Shown here: positions 1 to 9,112 of the stretch, piece by piece
Position numbering within the stretch: the first letter of the stretch is position 1
How the letters are laid out: the number at the start of each line of letters is the position of its first letter
Source: Candidatus Latescibacterota bacterium
GTDB taxonomy: Bacteria; Latescibacterota; UBA2968; GCA-2709665
Length of the DNA: 64,000 nt
Assembly: GCA_965203805.1 (NCBI GenBank)
Contig: OZ241917.1
Span: forward strand, 5,632,001 to 5,696,000
Direction: 5' to 3'
Notes under the pieces: generated by a model
The model's database searches: none
Seen by the model: the letters and a program-made list of their open reading frames with translations, nothing else
Told to the model about the DNA's origin: nothing
Position numbers and translations under genes: made by a program

Positions 1-38
1 GCAAGTAGGGCGACTCTTCTCCGAGTCGCCCTACTTGC
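1..38. repeat. Perfect 16-bp-stem palindrome (GTAG-type REP-like or bidirectional terminator)
   Basis: GCAAGTAGGGCGACTC-TTCTCC-GAGTCGCCCTACTTGC, downstream of the minus-strand aldolase gene. Confidence 0.7.
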
Positions 39-124
39 TGTCGCAGCTTTGTCCAGATTGCCGACGAATCCAGCGCAGAACGTTGCTGATATCTTGGTGG
101 TGCTCTTGCAACGTGGTTCCGTGC

Positions 125-886
125 TCACTTCCTCACGCTGTTGACCATATCGCGGCAGCCGTGCAGGTAGATGCCGGTATCGACCGAGAGCGCGATGTAT
201 CGCACGCCGGCGTCGATCCAGCGTTTTGCGGCATCCGGGCTGTCCGCGAAGGTGCCCACGGTGAGGCCTGCCTGGTTGATCTGCGCGGTTGCCTCCCGCA
301 TCCGCTCCACCACCCGGGGATCGTGCACCTGGCCGGGAATGCCGAGAGACTGGGAGAGGTCGTACGGTCCGAGGAAGACCACGTCCAGTCCGGGCACGGC
401 GATGATCGCATCCAGGTTCTCCAGGCCCTCCACGCCTTCCACGTGGATGAGGACCATGGATTCCCTGTTGAGCCGCTCGAAGATCTGGCCGCCCTCCGCG
501 AAGTACCTGGCCGCGCGGGTGTATGGCGACACGCCGCGCATCCCCAGCGGCGCGTATTTTGCCGCCTGGACGAGGGACTCGGCGTCGGATCGGGTGCGTA
601 TCTGGGGGACCTGGACGCCCTCCGGGCCGATGTCCAGGGCGCGGAGCACCTGGGGCGGGTCGTTATCCCTCACGCGAACGATCGGAGAAATGCCCGCGCC
701 CTTCGCCACGCGGCAGAGGTTCTCGGTGGTCTCGATGTCCAGGGGGCCGTGTTCGGTATCCAGGACGACGAAGTCGAATCCGGCGTACGCGGCGATTTCG
801 ATGAGCGCGCCGGAGGCGAGGTTGACGAACGGGCCGAGGACGACTTCACCGGCTTTCAGTTTGGCCTTCAGGCTGACTTGAGACAT
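125..886 (-). CDS. HpcH/HpaI aldolase family protein
   Basis: Motifs GFDFVVLDTEHGP, RALDIGPEGVQVPQI, KYAPLGMRG, VFLGPYDLSQSLG; start chosen at MSQVSLK. Confidence 0.9.
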   Translation of the reverse strand: MSQVSLKAKLKAGEVVLGPFVNLASGALIEIAAYAGFDFVVLDTEHGPLDIETTENLCRVAKGAGISPIVRVRDNDPPQVLRALDIGPEGVQVPQIRTRSDAESLVQAAKYAPLGMRGVSPYTRAARYFAEGGQIFERLNRESMVLIHVEGVEGLENLDAIIAVPGLDVVFLGPYDLSQSLGIPGQVHDPRVVERMREATAQINQAGLTVGTFADSPDAAKRWIDAGVRYIALSVDTGIYLHGCRDMVNSVRK

Positions 887-990
887 TATGCGTCTCCCCG
901 ACGTGGGTTTGAAAAATGGAGCCGATTCGTCGCCCAATATAGGTTGCCGCAAATGTCGTGTAAAGTGTAAAGCCCCGGCGCCGGACCGGC

Positions 991-1019
991 TTGACATTCG
1001 TATGCCGCATCCGTATATA
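991..1019 (+). promoter_or_regulatory. Sigma70-type promoter for the small ORF
   Basis: TTGACA (991-996), 17-nt spacer, TATATA (1014-1019). Confidence 0.7.
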
Positions 1020-1054
1020 TGGAGTAAGAGTTCTGCAATGGGAAGGAGGCCGGA

Positions 1055-1183
1055 ATGTCCACCGATCTGCGTGAATTTGCGTTACGCCTGAAAGCCATCG
1101 AAATCCTGAAGCGGTACCTGTGGGTACGGCATCAGCTGAGGGTCATTCAGCTCTGGAAGAAACTCTACATCCATCCGAACTGA
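1055..1183 (+). CDS. Small basic 42-aa protein (absent from the ORF track)
   Basis: AGGAGG RBS upstream of ATG; MSTDLREFALRLKAIEILKRYLWVRHQLRVIQLWKKLYIHPN; flanked by a promoter and a terminator. Confidence 0.7.
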   Translation: MSTDLREFALRLKAIEILKRYLWVRHQLRVIQLWKKLYIHPN

Positions 1184-1207
1184 CGGTGATGATCGGAAAG
1201 ACGGAAT

Positions 1208-1243
1208 GGCGCTCGGGCGGGGACGGTCCGGGCGCCTTTTCTT
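1208..1243 (+). terminator. Rho-independent terminator
   Basis: GGCGCTCGGGC/GTCCGGGCGCC stem (with G-U pairs) followed by TTTTCTT. Confidence 0.65.
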
Positions 1244-1320
1244 ATTGGAAACCGCCGGAAGGCCGCTCCTGCGACCCACGGCGTCCCGGCGCCCGCGCCC
1301 CGTTTCAATTTCATTAGGGT

Positions 1321-1349
1321 TTGCTCTCCAACCGGCGATTCGTTAGATT
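1321..1349 (+). promoter_or_regulatory. Putative sigma70 promoter of the EndoIII-epimerase-dusB-larB operon
   Basis: TTGCTC, 17 nt, TAGATT. Confidence 0.4.
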
Positions 1350-1361
1350 TCCGCCCATTAT

Positions 1362-1521
1362 CAGCCCGTTGGAAAAGTCCATCCGGGCTACGTCCGGCCC
1401 TTATGCCCGAAATACGGCGTTGCGCTCCCTCCCCGAATCCAGGGATTCGCGTCGGTCGCGCGCCTTGTCTTCGGCCACAATGACTCGGCCTCGCCTACGA
1501 AGCGACTTTTTCAACGGACTG
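1362..1521. mobile_element. 160-bp MITE
   Basis: 18-bp terminal inverted repeats CAGCCCGTTGGAAAAGTC / GACTTTTTCAACGGACTG (16/18 match); 4-bp direct repeat TTAT at 1358-1361 and 1522-1525. Confidence 0.8.
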
Positions 1522-1523
1522 TT

Positions 1524-2198
1524 ATGGCCTCCGGACAGAACAGGATTCGCGCGGTTTACGACCGGTTGATGGACGCGTTCGGACCGCAGGGCTGGTGGCC
1601 GTCGGAAACCCCGTTCGAAACGATGGTCGGGGCCATACTCACGCAGAATACAGCGTGGGCGAACGTGGAACGCGCGATCGGCAGGCTGAAGGAGGCCGGG
1701 GCGCTCGACGCCCGGACCCTGCTGGAGATGCCCGGCGACCGGCTGGAGAACCTCATCCGGCCCGCCGGGACGTTCCGCGTAAAAACCAGGAGGCTGAAGG
1801 CGTTTCTGGCGTTCTTCGCCGGCAGGTACGGCGCGGACGTTGCCCGGATGAGGAATGCGCCGGCCGATCGTTTGCGCGGGGAGTTGCTGGCGGTTTCCGG
1901 GATCGGACCCGAGACCGCCGATTGCATCCTGCTCTATGCGCTCGAGAAGCCGAGCTTCGTGGTGGACGGGTATACGCGGCGGATTTTCGGAAGACTGGGA
2001 GCGATCGACCGGTCGCTCGAATACCATGAAATCAAGCGCAGGTTCGAAGCGGCATTGCCGGAGGACGTGGGCGTTTACAACGAATATCATGCGCTGATCG
2101 TGGCGCTGGGAAAGCAGGCGTGTCTGCCGGCGCCCAGGTGCGGGCTGTGCGCGTTGAATACGATCTGTGAAACGGGAGGAAGCGATGGCCAGGTTTGA
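1524..2198 (+). CDS. Endonuclease III-like HhH-GPD protein with 4Fe-4S motif
   Basis: GAILTQNTAW, SGIGPETAD, FVVDGYTRRI, C-x6-C-x2-C-x5-C. Confidence 0.9.
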   Translation: MASGQNRIRAVYDRLMDAFGPQGWWPSETPFETMVGAILTQNTAWANVERAIGRLKEAGALDARTLLEMPGDRLENLIRPAGTFRVKTRRLKAFLAFFAGRYGADVARMRNAPADRLRGELLAVSGIGPETADCILLYALEKPSFVVDGYTRRIFGRLGAIDRSLEYHEIKRRFEAALPEDVGVYNEYHALIVALGKQACLPAPRCGLCALNTICETGGSDGQV

Positions 2199-3009
2199 GT
2201 TGTGTTTCAACACCAGCACGATTCAGCCCGCATCGATCGAAGAGAAGATCCGGGCGGCGGGAGAGGCGGGTTACGGCGCGATCGAACTGTGGTGCGAGGA
2301 CCTGACGGGCTGGGAGCGGTCCGGCGGAAAGCTGTCCGAGCTCAGAAAGCTGCTCGATGACTACAATCTCTCGGTGCCCGATCTGGTGCATTTTTCGGGC
2401 TGGATGGACGCGACCGATTCCGCCTTCGAAACGGAACGCCTCGCCGAGGCCCGGCGGCTGATGGAGCAGGGCGTGGCCATCGGCGCGCCGCGCATCATCG
2501 CGGGACCGGCGCGAGGTCGGGTGGACCTGAACCGGGCGGCGGACCGCTTCTGCCGGTTAATGGAACTGGGAATAGAGGTTGGATGTCTGCCCGCGCTGGA
2601 ATTCCTGGGTTTCGTGGACCACGTCAATAACGTGGATACGCTGATGGACATCGTTAACATGGCGGACCACCCCCGGACCGCGGTGGTGATGGATGCGTTC
2701 CACATCTATCGCGGCGGCGGGAAGGACGAGGATATCCTGAAGGTTCCGGGGGCGCAGGTGCACATTTTCCATATTGACGACGCGCCGAAAACGGACCGCG
2801 AACGCGAGACGCTTGCCGACGGGGACCGCGTCTATCCGGGCGACGGAATCCTGAACCTGCAAGGGATGCTTGAGATGCTGGCGTCTCAGGGGTTCTCCGG
2901 TCCGGTCTCCCTGGAGCTGTTCAACGAGAACCTCTGGCGGGAGGACCCCCGCGAGGTGGCGCGCATCGGCGCGGAAAAGGTAAGACGACTGATCGAGCCC
3001 GCGGCATAG
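2185..3009 (+). CDS. Sugar phosphate isomerase/epimerase (xylose isomerase-like TIM barrel)
   Basis: AGYGAIELW, LEFLGF, DAFH, HIDD, RVYPGDG, SLELFN. Confidence 0.85.
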   Translation: MARFELCFNTSTIQPASIEEKIRAAGEAGYGAIELWCEDLTGWERSGGKLSELRKLLDDYNLSVPDLVHFSGWMDATDSAFETERLAEARRLMEQGVAIGAPRIIAGPARGRVDLNRAADRFCRLMELGIEVGCLPALEFLGFVDHVNNVDTLMDIVNMADHPRTAVVMDAFHIYRGGGKDEDILKVPGAQVHIFHIDDAPKTDRERETLADGDRVYPGDGILNLQGMLEMLASQGFSGPVSLELFNENLWREDPREVARIGAEKVRRLIEPAA

Positions 3010-3032
3010 ACGCCCGGGCACGGAGTCCCGAC

Positions 3033-4016
3033 ATGGTCTACGTTGGAAAAACGGCAATTCCCGGCTCGACCGTACTGGCGCCGCTGGCCGGCGTGACGGA
3101 TCGGTCGTTCCGGCTGCTGTGCCGGGAGCAGGGCGCCGGTCTGGCCGTGACGGAGATGGTGAGCGCCCGCGGACTGGCCGACGGCAGCGAGCGGTCGAGC
3201 CGGTACCTCGATTTCGAGGCGGACGAGCATCCCATCTCCGTGCAGATATTCGGGTCGGAGCCGGATGAAATGGCCGAGGGCGCGCGGGTGGCGGCCGAAC
3301 GGAAGCCCGATCTTCTGGATATCAACTGCGGGTGTCCTGTGAAGAAGATCGTGAACCGGCGCGCGGGCGCGGCCCTGCTGAAGGATCCGCCGCGGCTGGG
3401 AAGGATCGTCTCGGCAATGGCAAAGGCGGTTTCGATTCCCGTCACCCTGAAGATCCGCAGCGGGTGGGACGACGACACGAAGGCTTCGGAGGTTGCCCGT
3501 CTGGCCGAAGATATGGGCGCGGCGGCGGTCGCCGTACACGGCCGGACGCGGAAGGCCGGATTTACGGGAACGGCGGACTGGGACGTGATCCGCGACGTTG
3601 CCGACGCCGTCTCGATTCCCGTCATCGGCAACGGCGACGTCAGGGATCCCCTGGCCGCCAGGGAGATGATGGAACATACGGGATGCGACATGGTGATGGT
3701 GGGGCGGTGGGCGATCGGAGACCCGTGGCTGTTCGGGCGCATCGAGCATTTTCTGGCCACCGGCACGCTGCTGGGGGGGGCGTCGGTCCGCGAACGGGTG
3801 AGCATGGCCATCCGGCACCTGCGGCTCTCGGTGGAAAACAAGGGGCTGCCTGCCGGGGTCCGTGAGATGAGAAGGCATTTTGCCGCGTACACCAAGGGCA
3901 TCGACGGGGCTGCGGCGTTCCGGCGCCAGTTGATGACGGAGGATGATCCGGAAGGCGTCGAAGCCATTTTGAACGCCGTTCGCCGGAGGGCAGAGGAGGT
4001 ATCGGGTGACTCCTGA
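3033..4016 (+). CDS. dusB: tRNA dihydrouridine synthase DusB
   Basis: LAPLAGVTD, TEMVS, DINCGCP, GAALL, VHGRT, IGNGDV. Confidence 0.93.
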   Translation: MVYVGKTAIPGSTVLAPLAGVTDRSFRLLCREQGAGLAVTEMVSARGLADGSERSSRYLDFEADEHPISVQIFGSEPDEMAEGARVAAERKPDLLDINCGCPVKKIVNRRAGAALLKDPPRLGRIVSAMAKAVSIPVTLKIRSGWDDDTKASEVARLAEDMGAAAVAVHGRTRKAGFTGTADWDVIRDVADAVSIPVIGNGDVRDPLAAREMMEHTGCDMVMVGRWAIGDPWLFGRIEHFLATGTLLGGASVRERVSMAIRHLRLSVENKGLPAGVREMRRHFAAYTKGIDGAAAFRRQLMTEDDPEGVEAILNAVRRRAEEVSGDS

Positions 4017-4782
4017 ACAGGTCCGGCAGGTACTTGAAGCGGTGCGCGAAAACCAGCTGGACGTCGACGGCGCGATGGATCGGCTGAAGAAGCTGCCGTT
4101 TGAAGATCTGGGGTTCGCGCACGTGGACCATCACCGGGCAATGCGTCAGGGATTTCCGGAGGTGATCTTCTGCCAGGGAAAGACCACGGAGCACGTGGTT
4201 GAAATCGCGCGCCGGATTTCGGAGGCGGGGTCCGCGCTTCTGGCGACCCGGGCCAACCGGGAGCAGGCGGATGCCGTGCGTTCGGCCTTGCCGGCGGCGG
4301 ACTACAATGCGTTGGCCCGAACGCTGACGATTCGCGGGGACGACGCCGGCGCCGTGGAGGCGACGGGAGAGGTGCTGGTTATTTCGGCTGGAACGTCGGA
4401 TATGCCGGTCGCCGAAGAGGCATTCGTGACGGCGGAGGCGATGGGCAGCCGGGTGAATAAGCTGTACGACGTTGGCGTGGCGGGGATTCACCGGCTTTTC
4501 GCGCACCGCGATCAGATCGACCGGGCCGCCGCGATCGTGGTGGCGGCGGGGATGGAGGGCGCGCTGCCTTCCGTGGTCGGCGGACTGGTGGATGTTCCGG
4601 TGATTGCGGTACCGACCAGCGTGGGCTATGGCGCCAGTTTCGGCGGATTGGCCGCGCTGCTCGGGACGTTGAATTCCTGCGCGCCGGGCGTGGCGGTGGT
4701 GAATATCGACAACGGATTCGGCGCGGGCTTCTTCGCGAGTCTCGTCACGCGGACGCAGGACCGATCGAGGCAAGGGTCGTAG
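4006..4782 (+). CDS. larB: Nickel pincer cofactor biosynthesis protein LarB (PurE-like)
   Basis: DHHRAMRQGFPEVIF, AGTSD, DVGVAGIHRL, AGMEGALPSVVGG, PTSVGYG, NIDNGFGA. Confidence 0.92.
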   Translation: MTPEQVRQVLEAVRENQLDVDGAMDRLKKLPFEDLGFAHVDHHRAMRQGFPEVIFCQGKTTEHVVEIARRISEAGSALLATRANREQADAVRSALPAADYNALARTLTIRGDDAGAVEATGEVLVISAGTSDMPVAEEAFVTAEAMGSRVNKLYDVGVAGIHRLFAHRDQIDRAAAIVVAAGMEGALPSVVGGLVDVPVIAVPTSVGYGASFGGLAALLGTLNSCAPGVAVVNIDNGFGAGFFASLVTRTQDRSRQGS

Positions 4783-4785
4783 CCG

Positions 4786-6240
4786 CTACCGGCGTCCAAG
4801 CCCGAGGCGGCGCTGGAGAGAAACGGGGCGGCCGGCGGTATCCGCGAGCGGCAGCGCCGGAAATGAGCCCTTCGTCTTCAGGCTGAGAACCACGAGACAG
4901 AACAGCGCGACCGGAACGGCCAGCAGGTCCGCCGGCAGGTCCGGCGTGAGGTAGATGAAACAGATCCAGGCGGCGAATCCCGCGACCATGGCTGCGAGCG
5001 CACCGGGCAGGTTGGCCCGGGACCACCAGATGCCGGCGGTGAGCGGCACGAAGAGGGTGGCCAGCAGGATCGACCACGAATTTACCATCAGTGTATAGAC
5101 GGTATTGTGCGCCAGTGCCAGGTAAAGGGCGATCAGGCCGAGGATCGGAACGCTGATCCGGCAGATCGTGAGGATGGACCGTTCGTCGGCGTTCGGGCGG
5201 ACGTAGCGGACCAGGTCCCATCCGATGACGCTGGCGGGGGCGAGCAGGGCGCTGTCCGCGCTGCTCATCAGGGCCGAGACGAGCGCGCCCAGAAAGACCG
5301 CCATCGCGAGAGGCGAGAGATATTTCATGCCCAGCTGCATCATGATCATGTCCGGGTCGCCGATATCGGGAAAGATGAGGGTCCCGGCAATGCCGAGAAA
5401 CACCGGCAGAAGACCCACCGTAAGATAGAGCGCGCCGGCAAGATAGGCGCTGTTCTGGGCGACGGATTCACTCCTGCTTGAAAGACTCCGCTGGATGAGG
5501 TCCTGCCCCGCCAGATTGCCCAGTCCGATGACCAGCCAGTCCCTGGCGTAGGCGAACCAGCCGGGCGCACCGGCGTTTCTGGGATAGAGGTAAAACCGGT
5601 CTTCGGATATCCGGGCGCTGATGGCCGACCACCCACCCATATCGTTCAGCAGCAGCGGCGTAATAACCAGGAGCCCCACGGTTAGAACGGCCACCTGGAT
5701 GAAGTCCGTCAGCGTGACGGCCCACATGCCGCCCGCGGTCGTGTAGACGAGGACGATCGCCGCCCCGATGCAGATGCCCAGTGTGGGGTCGATTCCGGTC
5801 AGCGACTGGATGACCCTGCCGAAGGCGACCATCAGGGACGCCACCCATCCGAGATATGCAGGGATGGTGCACAGCGCGGCCACCGCGCCTGCCGGGCGGC
5901 CGAAGCGGCTTTCGAAAAAACCCGCGATGGTGGTCAGGCCCATCCTCCGCATGATCCTGACGTAGAACAACCCCGCGAGAAACAGACAGAGTGCCGCGCC
6001 GAACGGATCGGCGATGACGCCCATGAATCCCTTCTTATAGGCCTCGCTGGCGGCCCCGATGACGATCCCGCCCCCGAACCATGTGGCCGCCAGGGTCCCG
6101 GTGGCCAGCCAGATGCCCAGCCTCCGGCCGGCGACGATGAAGTCGGCGGAGCCCTTGACGCGCCGGCCCGCGTAGAGACCGACCGCGAGCGTCACCAGGA
6201 TATAGGCCGCGAGGCCGAGGATAATCGTCAGGTTGGGCAT
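4786..6240 (-). CDS. Sodium:solute symporter family transporter
   Basis: DFIVAGRRL, ATWFGG, YTTAGGMWAVTLTDFIQ, ALMSSADS; many TM helices. Confidence 0.9.
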   Translation of the reverse strand: MPNLTIILGLAAYILVTLAVGLYAGRRVKGSADFIVAGRRLGIWLATGTLAATWFGGGIVIGAASEAYKKGFMGVIADPFGAALCLFLAGLFYVRIMRRMGLTTIAGFFESRFGRPAGAVAALCTIPAYLGWVASLMVAFGRVIQSLTGIDPTLGICIGAAIVLVYTTAGGMWAVTLTDFIQVAVLTVGLLVITPLLLNDMGGWSAISARISEDRFYLYPRNAGAPGWFAYARDWLVIGLGNLAGQDLIQRSLSSRSESVAQNSAYLAGALYLTVGLLPVFLGIAGTLIFPDIGDPDMIMMQLGMKYLSPLAMAVFLGALVSALMSSADSALLAPASVIGWDLVRYVRPNADERSILTICRISVPILGLIALYLALAHNTVYTLMVNSWSILLATLFVPLTAGIWWSRANLPGALAAMVAGFAAWICFIYLTPDLPADLLAVPVALFCLVVLSLKTKGSFPALPLADTAGRPVSLQRRLGLGRR

Positions 6241-6298
6241 ATTGTGACCAGTAGACAGAATCCGGAACCGGGCGCCGGCGCAGCCGCCGGGTTCCCGA

Positions 6299-7447
6299 TC
6301 ACTCGATCCGGTTGTGTTGCTTCATGATATTGACGAGCCGGTCCAGCGGGAGGCCGGGCATCGTCCTGTTGTCCCGTCCCGTCATCGTGTCCGCGGCGCA
6401 GAGCGCGTTGACGATGGCTTCCTCGGTGGCCTCGACGGTGGCCTGAAGAAGCGGATTGAGGCGGCGGTCCCGGAGGGTCTTGACCGTATCCGCTGCCGCC
6501 GCGTCCCGCGGGATGCGGTGGGCGGTGGAGAACGCAAGAACGAGGTCGCCGCTGCTTGTTCGCGAAAAGGTGCCGGTGCGGCTCATGCCGAGTGCGGACC
6601 GTCTACACAACCGTCGGAGCTGAATGGGGATCAGCGGCGCGTCGGTGGCGATCAGAATGACGATGGAACCGTCTCGGGCCGGCGGACGCGCCACCGGCAG
6701 GTGTCGCCCCACCGGGACCCCGTCGATGACCAGATTGGAACGACGGCCGCAGTTTGCCACGACCAGCACGCCCAGGGTATAGGCGCCCTGGGCCTTTGTG
6801 AGTACACGCGACGCCGTTCCGATGCCGGCCTTGAATCCGTACGCACGCATCCCCGTACCCGCGCCTACCGATCCCTCGGCGACCGGCCCGTCCGCGGCGG
6901 ATTCGATCGCACGGATGACGTGTTCCTCTTTTACATGGCGGCCCGCGATGTCGTTGAGGCCGCCATCGTAACATTCGGCCACAACCGGGAGGGGAACGCG
7001 CCCCCGGCCCTGCCGGAGCATATAGGCTACGACGCCGCTGTACCCCTCTCCCACGCTCAACGTGTTGGTGAGGACCACCGGAACCTCCAACAGACCCCGT
7101 TCGTTGACCCACGCCATACCTGTCATCTCGCCGTTTCCGTTGATCGCTTCGGCCGCGGCGTACACCTGGTTCAGGTACACATCGTCGGGATGGGGCACCA
7201 CGGCCGTCACACCGGTACGGACAGGCCCCTTTCCGACAACCAGTTCCCCTTCGCCGCTGATGAGGGTGACGTGCCCCACCCCGACGCCTGATACATCGGT
7301 GATGGCGTTATGGGGGCCGGGCGCGATAACGCCGATTTTTATACCCAGGTCTCTGGCGCGTGGACGTTCGGCGCCCCGGGCGTCTGAGCAGAGCGCGAGG
7401 ATGAGGAAAACGAGACAGCATTGGAAAAGGTGTGAACGAGAAAACAT
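6299..7447 (-). CDS. DmpA-like P1 (S58) aminopeptidase with signal peptide
   Basis: RARDLGI, NAITDV, RTGVTAV, PVVAECYDG, VGAGTGM, GS cleavage site (DGSI), TEEAIVNAL; start chosen at MFSRSH. Confidence 0.9.
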   Translation of the reverse strand: MFSRSHLFQCCLVFLILALCSDARGAERPRARDLGIKIGVIAPGPHNAITDVSGVGVGHVTLISGEGELVVGKGPVRTGVTAVVPHPDDVYLNQVYAAAEAINGNGEMTGMAWVNERGLLEVPVVLTNTLSVGEGYSGVVAYMLRQGRGRVPLPVVAECYDGGLNDIAGRHVKEEHVIRAIESAADGPVAEGSVGAGTGMRAYGFKAGIGTASRVLTKAQGAYTLGVLVVANCGRRSNLVIDGVPVGRHLPVARPPARDGSIVILIATDAPLIPIQLRRLCRRSALGMSRTGTFSRTSSGDLVLAFSTAHRIPRDAAAADTVKTLRDRRLNPLLQATVEATEEAIVNALCAADTMTGRDNRTMPGLPLDRLVNIMKQHNRIE

Positions 7448-7502
7448 GAGATAAGGCTCGGATTTGGAGTTCAACGCCACCACCGTGCGGACAGTGGGGA
7501 CG

Positions 7503-7675
7503 GGACCTACCCCCCTTCCTGAGAGGAAGGGGGAACGGTGACGGGTCGATGGACCGGGCTGGCGAACGTGCCGTCTGTGCCTGCCACGTGACGGTGCAGA
7601 CGTCAACGGGTTTGGCTTTTGCTTCAAGCTGGCAGCTGATTGCAGTTGTTTCCCTTTGTGTCTCCGTGTGAGCTG
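7503..7675. repeat. Composite intergenic repeat (modules shared with 12597-12835, 17680-17742, 22350-22827)
   Basis: 7503-7559 nearly identical to 22504-22567; 7567-7640 nearly identical to 12715-12789. Confidence 0.85.
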
Positions 7676-7725
7676 GGCTTCGTGTCCAGGTGATCGGTAT
7701 TTCCCGCGAACGGAATTCCGGCAAC

Positions 7726-8904
7726 CTATTTCAGGGCCAGGACTCTCGATTTCCCCGCGTCGCGCGGCTTGTGGACCCTTCCCTTCCAGACGAAACTGCC
7801 GAACGAACCGGTCAACCCCACGAAAACCGTGTAAGGTATCTGCAGGAACTCCCAGACCGGCAGCACTGGCAGGAGGTCCGACCGGCCGAACTTCCGTGCG
7901 CCTTTCCATACCACAGCGAGGTCCGCCAAGGTCCTGGCCGCGAAACAGGCCAGCGGCAGACCGACGCCGGTTCCCGCGATCGCCGAAATCAATGCAACGG
8001 GAAAGAACAGGTTGAGCGTAAACACATTCGCGAGATAGGCGAAAAATACCGGATTGAGCGCCAGCATGCACCGCGCGTTCGACGCCCATCGCCGCCGCTG
8101 GGTCCAGAATCCCGCCATGGTTTCGGCGCGACGGGTGCTGACGAAGGTGTGAGGGTCGTCTGCAAAAACGATCTTTGCGCCGGCCCGGCGGAACAACTGA
8201 AGCAGGAGGACGTCGTCGCCGGACGGACGGTGCGCGATTTCCTCGAATCCGGCGACCCGCTCGAAAAGCGCTTTCCGGTAGCCGAAATTCTGTCCCGATG
8301 CGGCCAGCGGCACACCGAGGTTGGCGGCGCCGGCGGAAGCGGACATGAGCGCGAGAAAGTCCAACGCCTGGATGCGCTCCGCCGGCGTCAGCGGGTCCCC
8401 GGCGTTTTTTACCTGTGAGAACCCGATGACCGCATCCGCGCCGGCGTCGAAATGCGAAACCATTCCTGAAATCCAGGTGGTCGGAACGTCGCAGTCCGCG
8501 TCGGTCGTCAGGATGATGCTCCCGCGCGCGGCCCGGATGCCCTCGGAGAGCGGCCGTTTCTTTGCCGCCATATGCCGGAACGCGTCCGTGACTTCAATGC
8601 TCCGGATCCGGGTGTGCCTGGCTGCGAATTCGGCCGAGATCGCCGGGGTATCGTCCGTGGAGCCGTCGTCGACGACCAGGACTTCGTACCGGTCGGCCGG
8701 GTACGTCTGGCCGATCAGTCCCGTGAGGCAATCGGCGATCTGATCCGCTTCGTCTCTTGCGGCAATCACCACCGATACGAACGGAAAGGTGCAGGTGTCA
8801 GCGCGCCGGATCCTTCGCCGCAGGCCGATCAGGAACGCCAGGGCGGCGGCCGCGTACACAGCCGTAGAGACCATCAGGATCGCATGGATCAGGGTGGTTG
8901 ACAC
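7726..8904 (-). CDS. Glycosyltransferase family 2, membrane-bound
   Basis: SVVIAARDE, DDGSTD, TDADC, SGDDV, QRRRW; N- and C-terminal TM segments. Confidence 0.9.
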   Translation of the reverse strand: MSTTLIHAILMVSTAVYAAAALAFLIGLRRRIRRADTCTFPFVSVVIAARDEADQIADCLTGLIGQTYPADRYEVLVVDDGSTDDTPAISAEFAARHTRIRSIEVTDAFRHMAAKKRPLSEGIRAARGSIILTTDADCDVPTTWISGMVSHFDAGADAVIGFSQVKNAGDPLTPAERIQALDFLALMSASAGAANLGVPLAASGQNFGYRKALFERVAGFEEIAHRPSGDDVLLLQLFRRAGAKIVFADDPHTFVSTRRAETMAGFWTQRRRWASNARCMLALNPVFFAYLANVFTLNLFFPVALISAIAGTGVGLPLACFAARTLADLAVVWKGARKFGRSDLLPVLPVWEFLQIPYTVFVGLTGSFGSFVWKGRVHKPRDAGKSRVLALK

Positions 8905-9041
8905 GGGTGACCAGGTTGGGAAGGGGTTGAAATCGGGTTCTCCACGCTCGCGTAGCGCGGCCGATGCACGGCGGATGCATTGGAAGAATCTGGAGCGGTG
9001 GGCATTTTCCCGGCGTTTGTGCCTTTTTCCTGTCTATCCTG

Positions 9042-9074
9042 CCTGCCTGTGCCGTGCTCGGCACGGCAGACAGG
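9042..9074 (+). repeat. CCTG hairpin element (33 nt)
   Basis: CCTGCCTG-TGCCG TGCT CGGCA-CGG-CAGACAGG. Confidence 0.8.
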
Positions 9075-9112
9075 TCCATCCATGTAAATTCACGCTTCTT
9101 GATTTGAAGAGG

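Noticed and set aside
7448-8089. Long N-terminal extension of the DmpA ORF
   Set aside because: Runs through repeat modules and overlaps the GT2 gene; a signal peptide starts at 7447.
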